A DNA stretch of 64,000 nt. Source: Haliotis rubra (lineage: Eukaryota). The first letter of the stretch is position 1; each line of letters begins with the position of its first letter. The translations under genes were made by a program, and so were the position numbers. The notes under the pieces were generated by a model. The model saw only the letters and a program-made list of their open reading frames with translations. It was not told the origin of the DNA and did not search any database. The stretch is taken from NCBI RefSeq assembly GCF_003918875.1, contig NW_025766558.1:1364001-1428000 (forward strand), given 5' to 3'. Shown piece after piece: positions 25,001-38,800 of this stretch.

Positions 25001-28000
25001 TCTCTGACAGACCACTCTCTCTCTACCACAGCTCATCAAATCAGTGTGCTGTTTCTTTAGTTAAGGATCTTCATGCATCTTCGTCTGTGTCAGTCGGAGG
25101 CCATTTCAGGTTAGAATAAGTCCCCAGCAACCTGTTTGATGTAAGAAGCAACTAAATCGTCCAGATGGTGTGACTGTTGATGTCTGTGTACCCTGAAAGT
25201 ATGGGACATTACGGAACTGGTTTGTGTCGTCCCGACTCTCTCATGGGGCACAGTTGCTGAGCGCATCGGCATCAAACAACAAACTGTCTGATATTGTGTC
25301 AGTAGAAACCCATAGTAAAATAGTATTTATGAACATTGTTGTGTAAGGAAAGATTTTGTTGAGAAGTAAAGAAAAGATAATCTGAAGCATTTTTATGTTT
25401 TTCTGAAGGCAAACGTGTTTTCTGCAAATGAAGTTACAATATATAATAGGTTAAACTTGGAAAACTGATGAGGCATGCATGACCTCATGACGACATGATC
25501 AGGTATTGTGATTAAAAAGTCTCAGATATGTTTTTAAATCCTTATTTTTGCTTTCACCTACTGACCAGAATGAGTTCTTGTGAAATTGCATTTGTTTCCT
25601 AGGTTGTGAATTATTGACATTGTTTTCCTGATGCAGGGATCTTGAAGAATGAAAGGACCAAAAAAAGTGTTGCACTAAAGTATGCTAATGACAAAAAGTT
25701 ACTAAATTTGCCCCAGATATTATTCAAAATCCTTTCCCAAATATAATCATGAATTCATATGTTCTTATTTGTATTGCTGTCTCATCTTCTTTTCAATCCA
25801 TATATTTTGCTTATTTATTTTTGGGCCATCCTGCATCTGAAGATTTTGACCTAGGATATCTGTAAAACAGAAATAAAATAATTTAATACCCCAAGTGTTT
25901 CTAATGTGTATAGAATGTGTATACTGCCTATGAAAGGGCCACAACATCTTCAACAATTTATACTGGTTGTTGTGACAACGGGGTGCAAAGTGATGTAAGA
26001 TACAGCTAAGCAACAATTAAAGTTGTGTAACACAGAGACTATGCACAGTGCAAATGTCCGTTCATTCAAATTAAATTTACCTGCCTCAGAATATTTTATC
26101 AGTTTCCATTCAAAATTCTTTCCTGAGGAGCCCTCGTTCACACTTCAGGTTGTCAAGAATTGATGTTCAGGGAGTTTTGCACATTCAGTGTGTCGACCAT
26201 CAGTTTGCTGAGTGGGTGATGAGACATTACAGCAACATACACAGATAATGTGGGTTTAAGTCTAGTAGCTACCTTTTTGTATTTATTGAGACCATCAGGA
26301 TGATGCTGAGGGTCTAGGACAACTGCCATCTAGGACAATTGTCCTGCTCTCGATGATGAAAACATGATAAAACAATAAACAGTCTCTTTTACTTGATTGT
26401 GTTGTGAAGAGGCTCCAGAACAAATTCTGTCATGTATTATTGTTTCTGGATGATTTGCATCATTTGGCCAAAAGAATTGTCTCAGGATTTAAAGGAACGC
26501 CCGTTGTCATTTGACTAAAGTAATGGCCATGACAGATTAAATACAGTCTTTAAGAAAATATAAGGCCTTTCAACAACCTCACCTAGTTGTTGACTACAGT
26601 CCATCGGTGTCTAACAAATATCAACATATTCTAAATGATCTTTTGTCAATAGTACAGTTTAAAAGGCTTCACTGCTATGGTCATTTTTAGACTTAAAAAC
26701 ATTATGTATTGAACAAGTATATGTTATTTTTGTTCAAGATGTGTTAATATTTTTCAGTGTTAGAAAAGTATTGTGAAGAACAAATGTAATACCTGGTGGT
26801 TGTGGACCACTGAAGATGCTGTTGCTTCTTGGGCAAGAGAGAATCAGTGTAATACAGATGTTTTCCACACCTCATTTCAATATCTTTACAACTAATCTTC
26901 ATTTTGGGTTGTATATCTTTCTGGAATGGCAAGAACTCCTAACTTGGACTTGATTTTCATGTAATTTTTTATGTGAATATTATGACAACCAGGATGCGAG
27001 TCTTATTGCAGTGTTGTTGGTGGAGTTGTAAGGAAGCTGGTACAGATTACTGTGAACATTCATCCAAGATTTCCAGCATGGGTAGACAATGATATGGGGT
27101 GGAGAGTGTATACATGGGTAGAACTGACTTTTCAGTTGACTTTTATATTATGATTTGTCATGAAATGGATAGTGTTATCAATGCTATAGACCAATCTGGT
27201 AATTTTGGTATCACAACTTAACAGTATGGAAATGGTCACCTGGCTGAAACTGTGTTCAATAAACTCCATGCTGGGGTACACATGCTTCAATTACCCTAGA
27301 AAATGAGAAGGGTGATCGTAAGATGACAGGTCTTTTGTAACAGCCATGGGTGCAGATCATTTAGAGGTGTATCTTAGATCATGGAAATCAGTCAAGCTCT
27401 ATTGCCAAGAATTTTCTAAATTTGAAAAGTGAGCAGCTGTGTGACTTATGAATGGGATATATGATCAGGAGATTATGTATGCTGATACATGAGGGGTGAC
27501 AGATATGTGATGGGCCCACCATAAGCCTTGGATATTACCATGTTTGTTGCTGTATGTGATATTTGTCATACAAATACACTTTTGGCATTTCAGTTGCATT
27601 CAAATACAATTATATCAGATGTATATTTAGAAACTACCGCAGATTGGCAACCATTTTATATTAAGTACGGGGGCGCTGGCTTGGTGTTGTCCTGGCACTG
27701 ACAGCACATTTTTCAGAAAGTCCAGGGTGTCCCAAGGCCAAGTTTTGTTTTTGTGATATCTCAACAAGTACAAGGTCAACCCCTTAGCGAACTCATTTCG
27801 AATCCCCTTACAAAGGGGGCAGAGAGCTGGACTTGTAGAGCCTTTCAAACTGAATCTGCCTTAAATATGAAATGTCAAGAAAGGGTCTTAACTTTCAAAA
27901 ACTCTTTCGTGCTACTCAAAAATGTTAAGGAGTGTCCCATTCTTACTATTACTATACATGAAGCTAATCTGTCATGCCGTTCACTATAGTAATGCAATTG

Positions 28001-28359
28001 GGTGGACCTGAATTTATTTTGAGCAGGATAAATCTTGATCTGGAGATGTCAGAAGACTTGAAGTAATTACTGGTACTTGTCCTATGGCAACCTGTAATAC
28101 ACGTAACAGTTTGTACACTGAGTCCATCCTGTGATTACAACCTGAGTCAATGCTTGACTGTTGCCTGGGGCAACGTGGTGCTGTAGAATGGTGCCCATGA
28201 AAGTTGTGAAGGAACAGTGAAGGGGCGCTGCTGGCCAAGACGTTCAATGTGCAGTGTTGGATTGCATCTGCCGGTCTAGGAGCTGTTAATCTCATCTTTG
28301 CCTAGATTGTGTGGTATGTGACTATATAGTTTCTCCACCATGGTAAACTTCACGAGGCA

Positions 28360-28728
28360 AGTCTGACACAGAGGAGAAATGGTGTGGCATTCTACCCAAC
28401 TCCCTCCCTCGGTGAACAGCATCACGTGAGCAAAGTCTGACACAAAGAAATGGTGGCATTCTACCCAACTCCCTCCCTCGGTGAACAGCATCACGTGAGC
28501 AAAGTGACACAGAGGAGAGATGGTGGCATTCTACCCAACTCCCTCCCTCGGTGAACAGCATCACGTGAGCAAAGTGACACAGAGGAGAGATGGTGGCATT
28601 CTATCCAACTCCCTCCCTCGGTGAACAGCATCACGTGAGCAAAGTGACACAGAGGAGAGATGGTGGCATACTACCCAACTCCCTCCCTCGGTGAACAGCA
28701 TCACGTGGGGCAAGTCCGAGAGGAGAAA
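28360..28728. repeat. 70-bp minisatellite, 5 copies
   Basis: Unit ...TGGTGGCATTCTACCCAACTCCCTCCCTCGGTGAACAGCATCACGTGAGCAAAGTGACACAGAGGAGAGA. Confidence 0.95.
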
Positions 28729-29035
28729 TGTCCACAAACTATCTCATGCAGGTCTGGATAGTGATGTATTTATAAGTGTATGTGTATTATTTTGAGAGGA
28801 ACATAGATAATAAGTTATTAGAACTATTCTGAAGTACCATTAATTATTCTACTTGAAAAAAAGTTAAAGAACACCTGATTTTTTTTCAACTGACCAAGTG
28901 TTATCTGTCGGGACTATGACAGATAACTGTAGTCATGTTAACAGATTGTCTGTAACTGAAAGAGTCAGATGTTCTTTACTTGTTTTGAGTAGTATATGTT
29001 AAAGGACAACTGCTTTCACCACATTCACAATATAA

Positions 29036-29150
29036 GTTATCACATCGTGTCTCGGGATATACAGGGTTTTATCAGTCCCGAGTAAGGTTGTATTCCCCGA
29101 GCCGGAGGGACTGATAAAACCCTGTATTTCCCGAGACACGATGTGATAAC
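29036..29150. repeat. Long hairpin with 44-bp arms (one mismatch), likely the end of a non-autonomous element
   Basis: GTTATCACATCGTGTCTCGGGATATACAGGGTTTTATCAGTCCC (29036-29079) is complementary to 29107-29150. Confidence 0.85.
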
Positions 29151-31389
29151 GCATTTATTTAACGTTTTGCTTTAATTTCATTCTCAGCTGTTGTGGCAAA
29201 ACGTGTCCTTGCTGCCATGTTGACAACAGCTGATCGATTGACCTCAATGCAGCGCACGTTACTAAAGGCTTGGCGATGCGGCTTTTCTCACTTCGCGTGG
29301 TCACCGAGGCGTGGCGGGATAATATGACTTTTGTACTCCCTGCTCGCGGATCATGACGGGTGTACATGGTATTTTATCAGAGTCACGTGAACCAATCAAA
29401 ACTCAACATTCTTACATGAGGCTGGATAATGGTTGTTTGTTTCAGAGCTCCGATCCAATTGTGCAAGTTTGCCATCAAACATACTGAAAGGTGAACTTAA
29501 CCCTTTCAAGTATTTTTGGTTGAATTTAAGAGTAGAATATGACTGTCAGAAATACCTAGCTGTTGTTATTGATACTCATTACCATTTACATCTGATCTGA
29601 ATAGTTGTTGCCATGGTGACTGTTTTATAAAACCTTTGACTGGTATCCCCAGCCTGAACTTCACATGGGTGAATAGTCAGTCCCCTGGAATACAGCGTGC
29701 ATCGTGATTTTAAGATTACTCCAAAGCAGGCAGTCGTAAGTTTTATTTTGTCTTTTTACTGTTTCTGTGTCTGATCAACTGGGACATGTGCAGAAAGTCC
29801 TTTACACACTGTTCAGTGATTTTATTTTATAAGATAAAATGTGATATTTGAACGGACATGTTTCTGCACAGTCATCAACTATGACATGAAGGTGATCGTC
29901 TAGGTCTGTTTTATCTTCAATATCAGAATTGGAAACGATGAAGCAATTGTCATGCTTTAATCAATTTTGAGTGAATATACATTGCAAACTAATTAACTCT
30001 TGTTTGTTTTTATTTGTTAAAGTGAGGAAACACTTCAGTATCAGCTTGCTTCAAGAAAGACATGGATCTGTCCAACCATGGTAACAGGGTGGTTTGCTAG
30101 TGTGTGTATTGGAATCTGGATGAGAGCTTCACGAGCAAGGGGCGGCGGGGTAGCCCAGTGGTCAAGCCGATGACCTGGGTTCGATTCCCCACATGGGTAG
30201 ATTGTGTAAAGCCCATTTCTGGTGTCCCCCACCATAATATTGCTGGTATATTGCTAAAAGCGGCGTAAAACCCAACTCACTCACTCACTTGAGGAGCAAA
30301 CACTGCTACCTCTGGACTACCCTGACCTTGCAGAGGAAGGCACAGTGACAAATGAACTCACAACACACTATTTTGTATATACCTGCTTGTGCAGTTTCTT
30401 AATGTACTGAAGGGTTAGTGTCATCTAAAAATCTCCAAAATAAATGATCATTATAGAAAGTATATCAGCAACAAGGGTGACTACTATTTACAGAGTCAGG
30501 TAATTAACTGATAAACTGATTTCAAGTAGAGTAAATATTCTAGAAAATACTGTAGTGAATGTAAAAAGCCATGTTATCTGTGCACAGGGTAGAGGAGCTG
30601 AAATGGCTAAGAAGGTCAGACTGAAGATTACTGCACTTGTACACCTATGTTCTTGTCCATGTGAGTGAGGCTACTTGTACTGGTATATGCCGATTTTCTA
30701 TTGACCTTGTTCTTATCTCCTTCATGCAGACAACCAGGCAGGGAAACAAGTACCTTCTTTAAATTCTTTCATCTTACCACGGACCTTTTGGTCTCCAATG
30801 AATTGTTCCATCAACCTGACCACAGGCAGTTTCAGTTGTTTAGAACTAGTATAGGGCAAGCAAAGTGTTGGTGGAGACAAACCAATTATGAAAATTTGTC
30901 AGGAATGATGAAAGTGAAAAATAAAAGGTTACAAATACTTGACACTTTGGTGAAAACTGCGAGTTGGTGCAAGTTCAGGAGTGGACCATGATTTGACCAC
31001 ACGATCATGGATTTCTTTCATACCCATGGGACATAACTCTGCACACTGCTCACTGAATTGCAACGTTCAGGTGACTACCATCCTTGCTTGGAGGAGGATG
31101 TGGAATGTGCCTCATTGATAGAATCAGGAACAATACACCTATGAAGACCAAAAACAAAGCGTGAAGCAGTTTTGTAGTGTTTATTATGCCATACCTCTGA
31201 AAAGTAGGGTAGAGAGTATAAAAACAATTTACCTGGATGCTTTGCATGGGGCTGTTCATAAATACAGCGACATGTATGACTTCATGAATCACACTCATAC
31301 TGACAGGTGTACTTGAATGCCATATAGTCAGTTTGCATAGTAATGTCATGTGAAGGAGCTCACAGCCAACACTTGATATGTTTTATGTA

Positions 31390-32640
31390 TAGTATTCCCA
31401 GAAATTATTGAGAAAGTTGTTTCAGCAAATATCTAATACATGTATATAAACTGTAGAAGTTTTATTTAAATGAATATGTTGAGATATGATTCTCTTAGTC
31501 CAAGTTTCTTTTCAGTACTTGGTGAAACCTCCTTGTCCTGCGATACATGACTGAATGCGCCTTGGTACACTATACCAACCAAAGTTTGTAGAAAATCGTG
31601 ACAGCGTATCACAATATTGGACCACTTCTTTCTTCATATCCTCAATATTTCTAGGTCCTTTTTGGTTTATTCTGTCCTTCATGAGTCCCCACCATCTCAA
31701 TAGGATTAAGATCTGGGCTGTAGCTGGGCCAGTCATTTTCATCCGACAACCACAGTTTTGTGAAGCCCGCAGTGTGTTTTTGATCGGTATCATGTTGGAA
31801 AATCCAATTATCTTCATACAGTGTTCGTGCTGTTGGAAGCAGCCGACCATTTAAGATGTCAACATATGGTTCCTCCGTCAAATTTTCAGTGAAAATACAC
31901 AACAGTGTCACTCCACGTGATGATATCACACCCCACGTGGAATTTTGTGCTTTGTTTTGGGGCGTTGGTAACTTTCATGATATCTTTTATCCAAATTTTC
32001 ACACAGTTCAGAAAAACCCAGACAGAACTTTCATCAGAAAGAAAACATTATCCCAATCTTGATTTTCGTGAGCCCTACACCAGTTTAAACATCTTTCTTT
32101 TTGTGCATCTTTCATCAATGGTGAGGGAATTCTGCTTGTTCACCCAGCTAAGTCTTTGTAATTCTTGTCTAAGTATTTCATTGCATACCTGAGGACTCAT
32201 CTCATTTCTGATATTCTCAACGCTTTTCAATTTTCACCTACACACAATCTGAACAAGTCGCCGGCGATCCGTAGTACTGAACTTCCTTGGCCTCCCTGCC
32301 TGCTCAGTCCCAACTCCTGACTGAATATTCTTCAAAAAACTGTAAACTGTAGACAGAGGAATGCCATGACTACCAGCTTACTCTTTTGCATTAGTCACAC
32401 CCCTTTCAAAATCATCTGGAACCAGATTTCTTTTCTCTTCTGCTGTGAAATCTGCCATGTCAACAAAGGAAGCCGTCTGCTACACCATGGGAGATAACTC
32501 TTGATGTAGTAAGGTTCATTCTTAAGCCTACAAGAGTTGTGTCCCATACTGAGTACCTTACTACATAATGTAACACCTTTTTTAATTTTTTTATCAGTAT
32601 TAGGAAACAAAGATTTTCTCAATAATTTCTAGGAAAACTG
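31390..32640 (-). mobile_element. Degenerate Tc1/mariner transposon
   Basis: TA flanks and imperfect TIRs of about 26 bp (TAGTATTCCCAGAAATTATTGAGAAA / TTTCTCAATAATTTCTAGGAAAACTG). Frameshifted transposase pieces [25 protein letters not shown] and PRRIQSCIAGQGGFTKY. Confidence 0.88.
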
Positions 32641-34139
32641 TATGTACACAGACACCAGTACTGCATAGCATGATAATGAGAACATGTCATGGCAATGGGA
32701 ACACATAAACATGCAGTGGACATATGATCTGATGAATGTTGACCAGTTACCATGGTTACCGGCACCTTCTGCACCCCCAGTAGTGCAGTGTATACGAAGT
32801 GGGTTCCTCAGAACAAAACAAGTCCTCGACCCCAGATGTGTATGTTTCAGTAGTTCCGTGGTTGAGACCTTCAAACTTGCTTAAACAAGGTGCTATATTC
32901 AACCAGCAAATCACTTTACTTCATATGACATTCCTGACAATTTCATGTTACTGTGAGTGAGTGAGTGAGGACACAAGACCACACAATGTACCCATGTTGA
33001 GAATCAAGCCGAGTCCTCCTGCTTGACAAGCGGTGCTCACTAGACTATCGTCTTCTATTGCAAGTAATTAGGCTGTGATTCCTAAAGGCCCGAGAAGATC
33101 CAGGTTAGAATTGGTCTTTGGCAACCCATGCTTGTCGTAAGAGATGACTAACGGTTCAGGCTCGCTGACTTGCTTGACACATGCCATCGTATCCCAATAA
33201 CATAGATTCGATGCTCATGTTGATCACTGGATTGTCTGGTCCAGATGCTATTATTTACAGATCGTCGCCATATAGCTGTAATAAGGCCGAGTGCGGAATC
33301 AAACAACCAACCAAGCAACCTAAAGGCCCTAAAACGTTTAAGGTGCTTCAACATGCTGGTGAAAATCTTGGTAGAAAATTGTGTTTTTGATCATAGTATG
33401 CATTAATGATAATTGTCAGTCATATGTCCTTCCTTCTCTAAGTATGTTCCTGACCCGATATTTGCCGTCTTAGTGTCCTACTTGTGACGAATCACGTGGC
33501 CTTGTATGTTGTAGCTATTGAAACCTGTACTACGTGTATTACCGGAGCATTAACCGCTAGGCCACCCACTAGAACATGCACCAAACAAGCACACAAGCTT
33601 TGACCATGTTAAGGTTAAGAAGATTTAGTGAACAATAGCAACTTCGTCCATGACAGTTTTATGGAATATATGTATTTTTGTATATATTATACCAGAGACC
33701 ATATAATAGATTATATAGTCTCTGATTATACTGTAACAAACTGGATTATGTACATTCTGTCCACTATGAAATATACTCATTAGAAAAACTGTTGAAAAAA
33801 GTGACATAAATATACCGTAAGCCATAGGAAAACAAAGTGGCACAAATATGCCATCAACAATACACAACAAAATGAAACAAGAAACTTTAAACAATTCTGT
33901 GACTAGTTATATACAAAATTGTAAAAAATAATTAAAACCTTTTTGGAAACTGTCATTCACTACTATTAACAATATCATGGAATGACAATCATCAAAGCAA
34001 CATTTTCAAACTAAAACTTTGCGTAAATGAACATTGCACCAATGAAAACTCACTTATTCCAGTATGTTTACATGATGCGAAATGTATATCAAAAAGCTTT
34101 GTCAACATTTCATCAGCTATCCACAAACAACTTAAAAGC

Positions 34140-35550
34140 TATGAAGTGGTAAACCACTTACACTCCAGCCACAATAAGGTGTTACACCACTTACACCCCA
34201 GCTTCTATGACTTGTTACACCACTTACACTCCAGCCACAATAAGGTGGTAAACCACTTACACTCCAGCTACTATAAGGTGATAAACCACTTACATCCCAG
34301 CTACTGTAAGGTGATAAACCACTTACATCCCAGCTACTATAAGGTGATAAACCACTTACATCCCAGCTACTATAAGGTGATAAACCACTTACATCCAAGC
34401 TACTATAAGGTGATAAACCACTTACATCCCAGCTACTGTAAGGTGATAAACCACTTACATCCCAGCTACTATAAGGTGATAAACCACTTACATCCCAGCT
34501 ACTATAAAGTGATAGACCACTTACATCCCAGCTACTATAAGGTGATAAACCACTTACATCCCAGCTACTATAAGGTGATAAACCACTTACATCCCAGCTA
34601 CTATAAGGTGATAAACCACTTACATCCCAGCTACTGTAAGGTTACATCCCAGCTACTATAAGGTGATAAACCACTTACATCCCAGCTACTATAAGGTGAT
34701 AAACCACTTACATCCAGCTACTATAAGGTGATAAACCACTTACATCCCAGCTACTATAAGGTGATAAACCACTTACATCCCAGCTACTATAAGGTGATAA
34801 ACCACTTACATCCAAGCTACTATAAGGTGATAAACCACTTACATCCCAGCAGGTGATAAACCACTTACATCCCAGCTACTATAAGGTGATAGACCACTTA
34901 CATCCCAGCTACTATAAGGTGATAGACCACTTACATCCCAGCTACTATAAGGTGATAAACCACTTACATCCCAGCTACTATAAGGTGATAAACCACTTAC
35001 ATCCCAGCTACTATAAGGTGATAGACCACTTACATCCCAGCTACTATAAGGTGATAAACCACTTACATCCCAGCTACTATAAGGTGATAAACCACTTACA
35101 TCCCAGCTACTGTAAGGTGATACATCACTTACATCCCAGCTACTATAAGGTGATAAACCACTTACATCCCAGCTACTATAAGGTGATAAACCACTTACAT
35201 CCCAGCTACTATAAGGTGATAAACCACTTACATCCCAGCTACTATAAGGTGATAGACCACTTACATCCCAGCTACTATAAGGTGATAGACCACTTACATC
35301 CCAGCTACTATAAGGTGATAGACCACTTACATCCCAGCTACAATAAGGTGATAGACCACTTACATCCCAGCTACTATAAGGTGATAAACCACTTATATCC
35401 CAGCTACTATAAGGTGATACATCACTTACATCCCAGCTACTATAAGGTGATAGACCACTTACATCCCAGCTACTATAAGGTGATAAACCACTTATATCCC
35501 AGCTACTATAAGGTGATACATCACTTACATCCCAGCTACTATAAGGTGAA
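34140..35550. repeat. 33-bp minisatellite, about 43 copies, just downstream of the ABCB10 stop
   Basis: Unit AAGGTGATAAACCACTTACATCCCAGCTACTAT. Confidence 0.97.
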
Positions 35551-35818
35551 GAGTTAATTATCTTAAAGGGATGAAGGTGATTGTGTTTTGTGCACTCATC
35601 CATAAATTTGTTTTGATAGAGGTGCAGGTGAAATGGGGTAATATGAGGACAGCCCTGTATTGGTATACGGTCTTATCCTGAATGGTCGGGTTAGATTACC
35701 TCCCCTTGATCTCAACACAGTCCCTAACCCATGTGACTAAGGTACTAGTGGAACACTATCACTGATATATTAATATATATTTTGATGTAGAACTTGTGTC
35801 TGTAAATTATGCTGCTTC

Positions 35819-38800
35819 TCATCGTGTTATAGTTTGTCTTTCGACCAATCTCCGAAACATCCCATCTGTCAGCAACATCAGTTCATCGTAGCTGCCAACC
35901 TCTACGATACAGCCATCGTTTATCACAGCTATCTGACTGGCTGTTTTGATTGTAGAGAGTCTGTGAGCTATTGTGATAACTGTCCGGTCTACCAGCAGCC
36001 TCTCCAGGGCTTCCTGTACAAGATACTCGCTCTCTGCATCCAGGGCACTGTCATATAGAAACACACAGACGTACCACAGGTAATATACTCAAGTTACACA
36101 GGTAATACACTTACCTTACACAGGTAATATACCCACTTTACACTGGTAATACACCCACCTTACACAGGTAATACACCCACCTTACACAGGTAATACACCC
36201 ACCTTACACAGGTAATACACTCAAGCTACACTAGAAATACACCCACCTTACACAGGTAATACACCCACCTTACACAGGTAATACACTCAAGCTACACTAG
36301 AAATACACCCACCTTACACAGGTAATACACCCACTTTACACAGGTAATACACTAAAGCTACACTAGAAATACACCCACCTTACACAGGTAATATACTCAA
36401 GTTACACAGGTAATACACCCACCTTACACAGGTAATACACTCAAGTTACACAGGTAATACACCCACCTTACACAGGTAATATACTCAAGTTACACAGGTA
36501 ATACACCCACCTTACACAGGTAATACACTCAAGCTACACAGGTAATACACCCACCTTACACAGGTAATAAACCCACTTTACACTGGTAATACACATGCTT
36601 TACTAGTAATATGCTCAAGCTACACAGGTAACATACTCACCTGACACAGGTAACAGACTCACATTACACAGGTGATACACTCACATTACACAGGTAACAT
36701 ACTCACCTGCCACAGGTAATAGACTCACATTACACTGGTAATGTACCGGTACCGGTATGTCATTCCGTAATAAACTCGCATAACAACCAGCGATACACAA
36801 GTATAACAAGATAATTTCTTAATCCATATTTGATAAGAAAACCTGCTTCTGAACTGCCGGCATACCTCGTAGCTTCATCCAGAAGTAGAATGTTGGGATC
36901 CTGGAAGCAAGTACATATTGTCACTGACATGATATTACGTATATCTTCGCACATAATCCCCAGAATTACAGCCATATTAGAGCAGAGCCCACCCAGCCAT
37001 CAGTGGTTGATAACTTCAGCAAAGTCCCATGTCGTCAATCAACCAAGACCACTTAATAGCTACTTCATGACAGGCTATAGACCTGGCGTTCTCACCCCCC
37101 TGGCCCCAGCTTCGTCCATTCATAATGTTAGGGCCAAATATTTTAACACAGAAATATTAAGAAATATATAATTCAGATTACTCAGATGCAACAAAGGTGA
37201 CCTGTGAATGCAGACATTATGTATGTCCTACTTAACAGAAGTATAAGCACACTAGATTTTTACATATGACAATAATCTGTCATGCTGGAAGATCCTGTAT
37301 TTAACTCCACCATGATATTCATGTCCTGAAAACACATACCACATATGGTTTCCTTCTATAACAGTTACTGAGAAAATCTGTTCCCCTTTGGGACACCATG
37401 CACTAAGTCATGAAACGCATGACAAGGGCCATAACTCTGTAACAAATTGTAATACGTTTGACATTTTCAAACTTCATCAAGGCATTCATGTTCTGAAAAC
37501 ACATACCAAATTTAGTTTCCCTATCTATAATGGTTTCTGAGAAAATCTGTCCCCATCATCTCAGACAGACGGATGGACGGACTGACAGACGGAGCTCAAA
37601 CCTATATCCCCCTCACTTCATGGCGAGGGAAAAAAAAATCATATGAAACAAATTCAGGTATTCTTTATACTTCTTTTGAGCAGCAATTGTTACTGTTTTA
37701 AATATTTGTATATTACCTTCAAGATCGCCCTTGCTATAGCAACTCTCTGTCTCTGGCCACCTGCAGGCAAACATACAAACAGTTCAATAGCTTCTTACTG
37801 AATCAATATTTAAAGGCTGTTTCTGATACTACCCAACACTTGATAGGGTCAGTCAGTTAATCCATACTACCCAACACTTGATAGGGCTCAGTCAGTTAAT
37901 CCATACTACCCAACACTTGATAGGGTTCAGTCAGTTAATCCATACTACCCAACACTTGATAGGGTTCAGTCAGTTAATCCATACTACCCAGCACTTGATA
38001 GGGTTCAGTCAGTTAATCCATACTACCCAGCACTTGATAGGGTTCAGTCAGTTAATCCATACTACCCAACACTTGATAGGGTTCAGTCAGTTAATCCATA
38101 CTACCACATACTTGATAGGGTTCAGTCAGTTAATTCATACTACCAAACACTTGATAAGGTTCAGTCAGTTAATCCATACTACTCAACATCTGAAAGGGTC
38201 AGTCAATTACAATCCATGCTATCTGAAGATCTCCTAGATTTGACCTTATACCCACCAGATCCCTATTCACTAAGGATGTTACAGACATTATCAGAATTAC
38301 TGATGGACAGAGTATGTTTAAAAAAGTGATTGGTTCATATATTTATGTGATTACGACTAACAAAGACCTCATGAACAGACATGTACTGACGGACAGGGAC
38401 TAGAATATGAATCTGAAACCATAGCCAACTAGGAGACACGACTCTTCTCAGTGAGATTATTATTTATTTATTATTATTATAGGATATTTATATAGCGAAC
38501 ATATCCACGCAACAAAGCGCTTTTTTTTTTCCTCGATCATTGGATGTCAATCTCAATGGCACATCATATTATCAATCTCAACTCTTGCAGCCACAAGCAC
38601 ACTGAGTTATTGCATGAACTTGTCCCACAGGAGTGAAGCAGTGAAGCAGTGACTAATATTTCCTGGTCCCTTGAAGGTGACCCTAGCATGGGATGGAAGG
38701 AGGCCCTGTTCCGGTATCAAGTAGCATCTGTGCAACAGCAGCTTCCATCCTGGTGATACATGGACAAGACACCACGTTGTGGGCTTACCTGACAGCATGT

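Noticed and set aside
22082-31380. Many short ORFs downstream of the KLHL stop
   Set aside because: No recognisable domains or consistent exon chain; likely a long 3' UTR or intergenic DNA.
34132-35603. Long repetitive ORFs on both strands (SPYSSWDVSGL and HLHPSYYKVIN repeats)
   Set aside because: By-product of a 33-bp stop-free minisatellite; interrupted by indels, with no unique flanking coding sequence.
37826-38205. The 39-bp array (and the 37-bp array at 1755-2190) as further exon-junction duplications
   Set aside because: Both lie 65-75 bp from an acceptor but share no similarity with the exon or its splice site, so they are ordinary intronic minisatellites.
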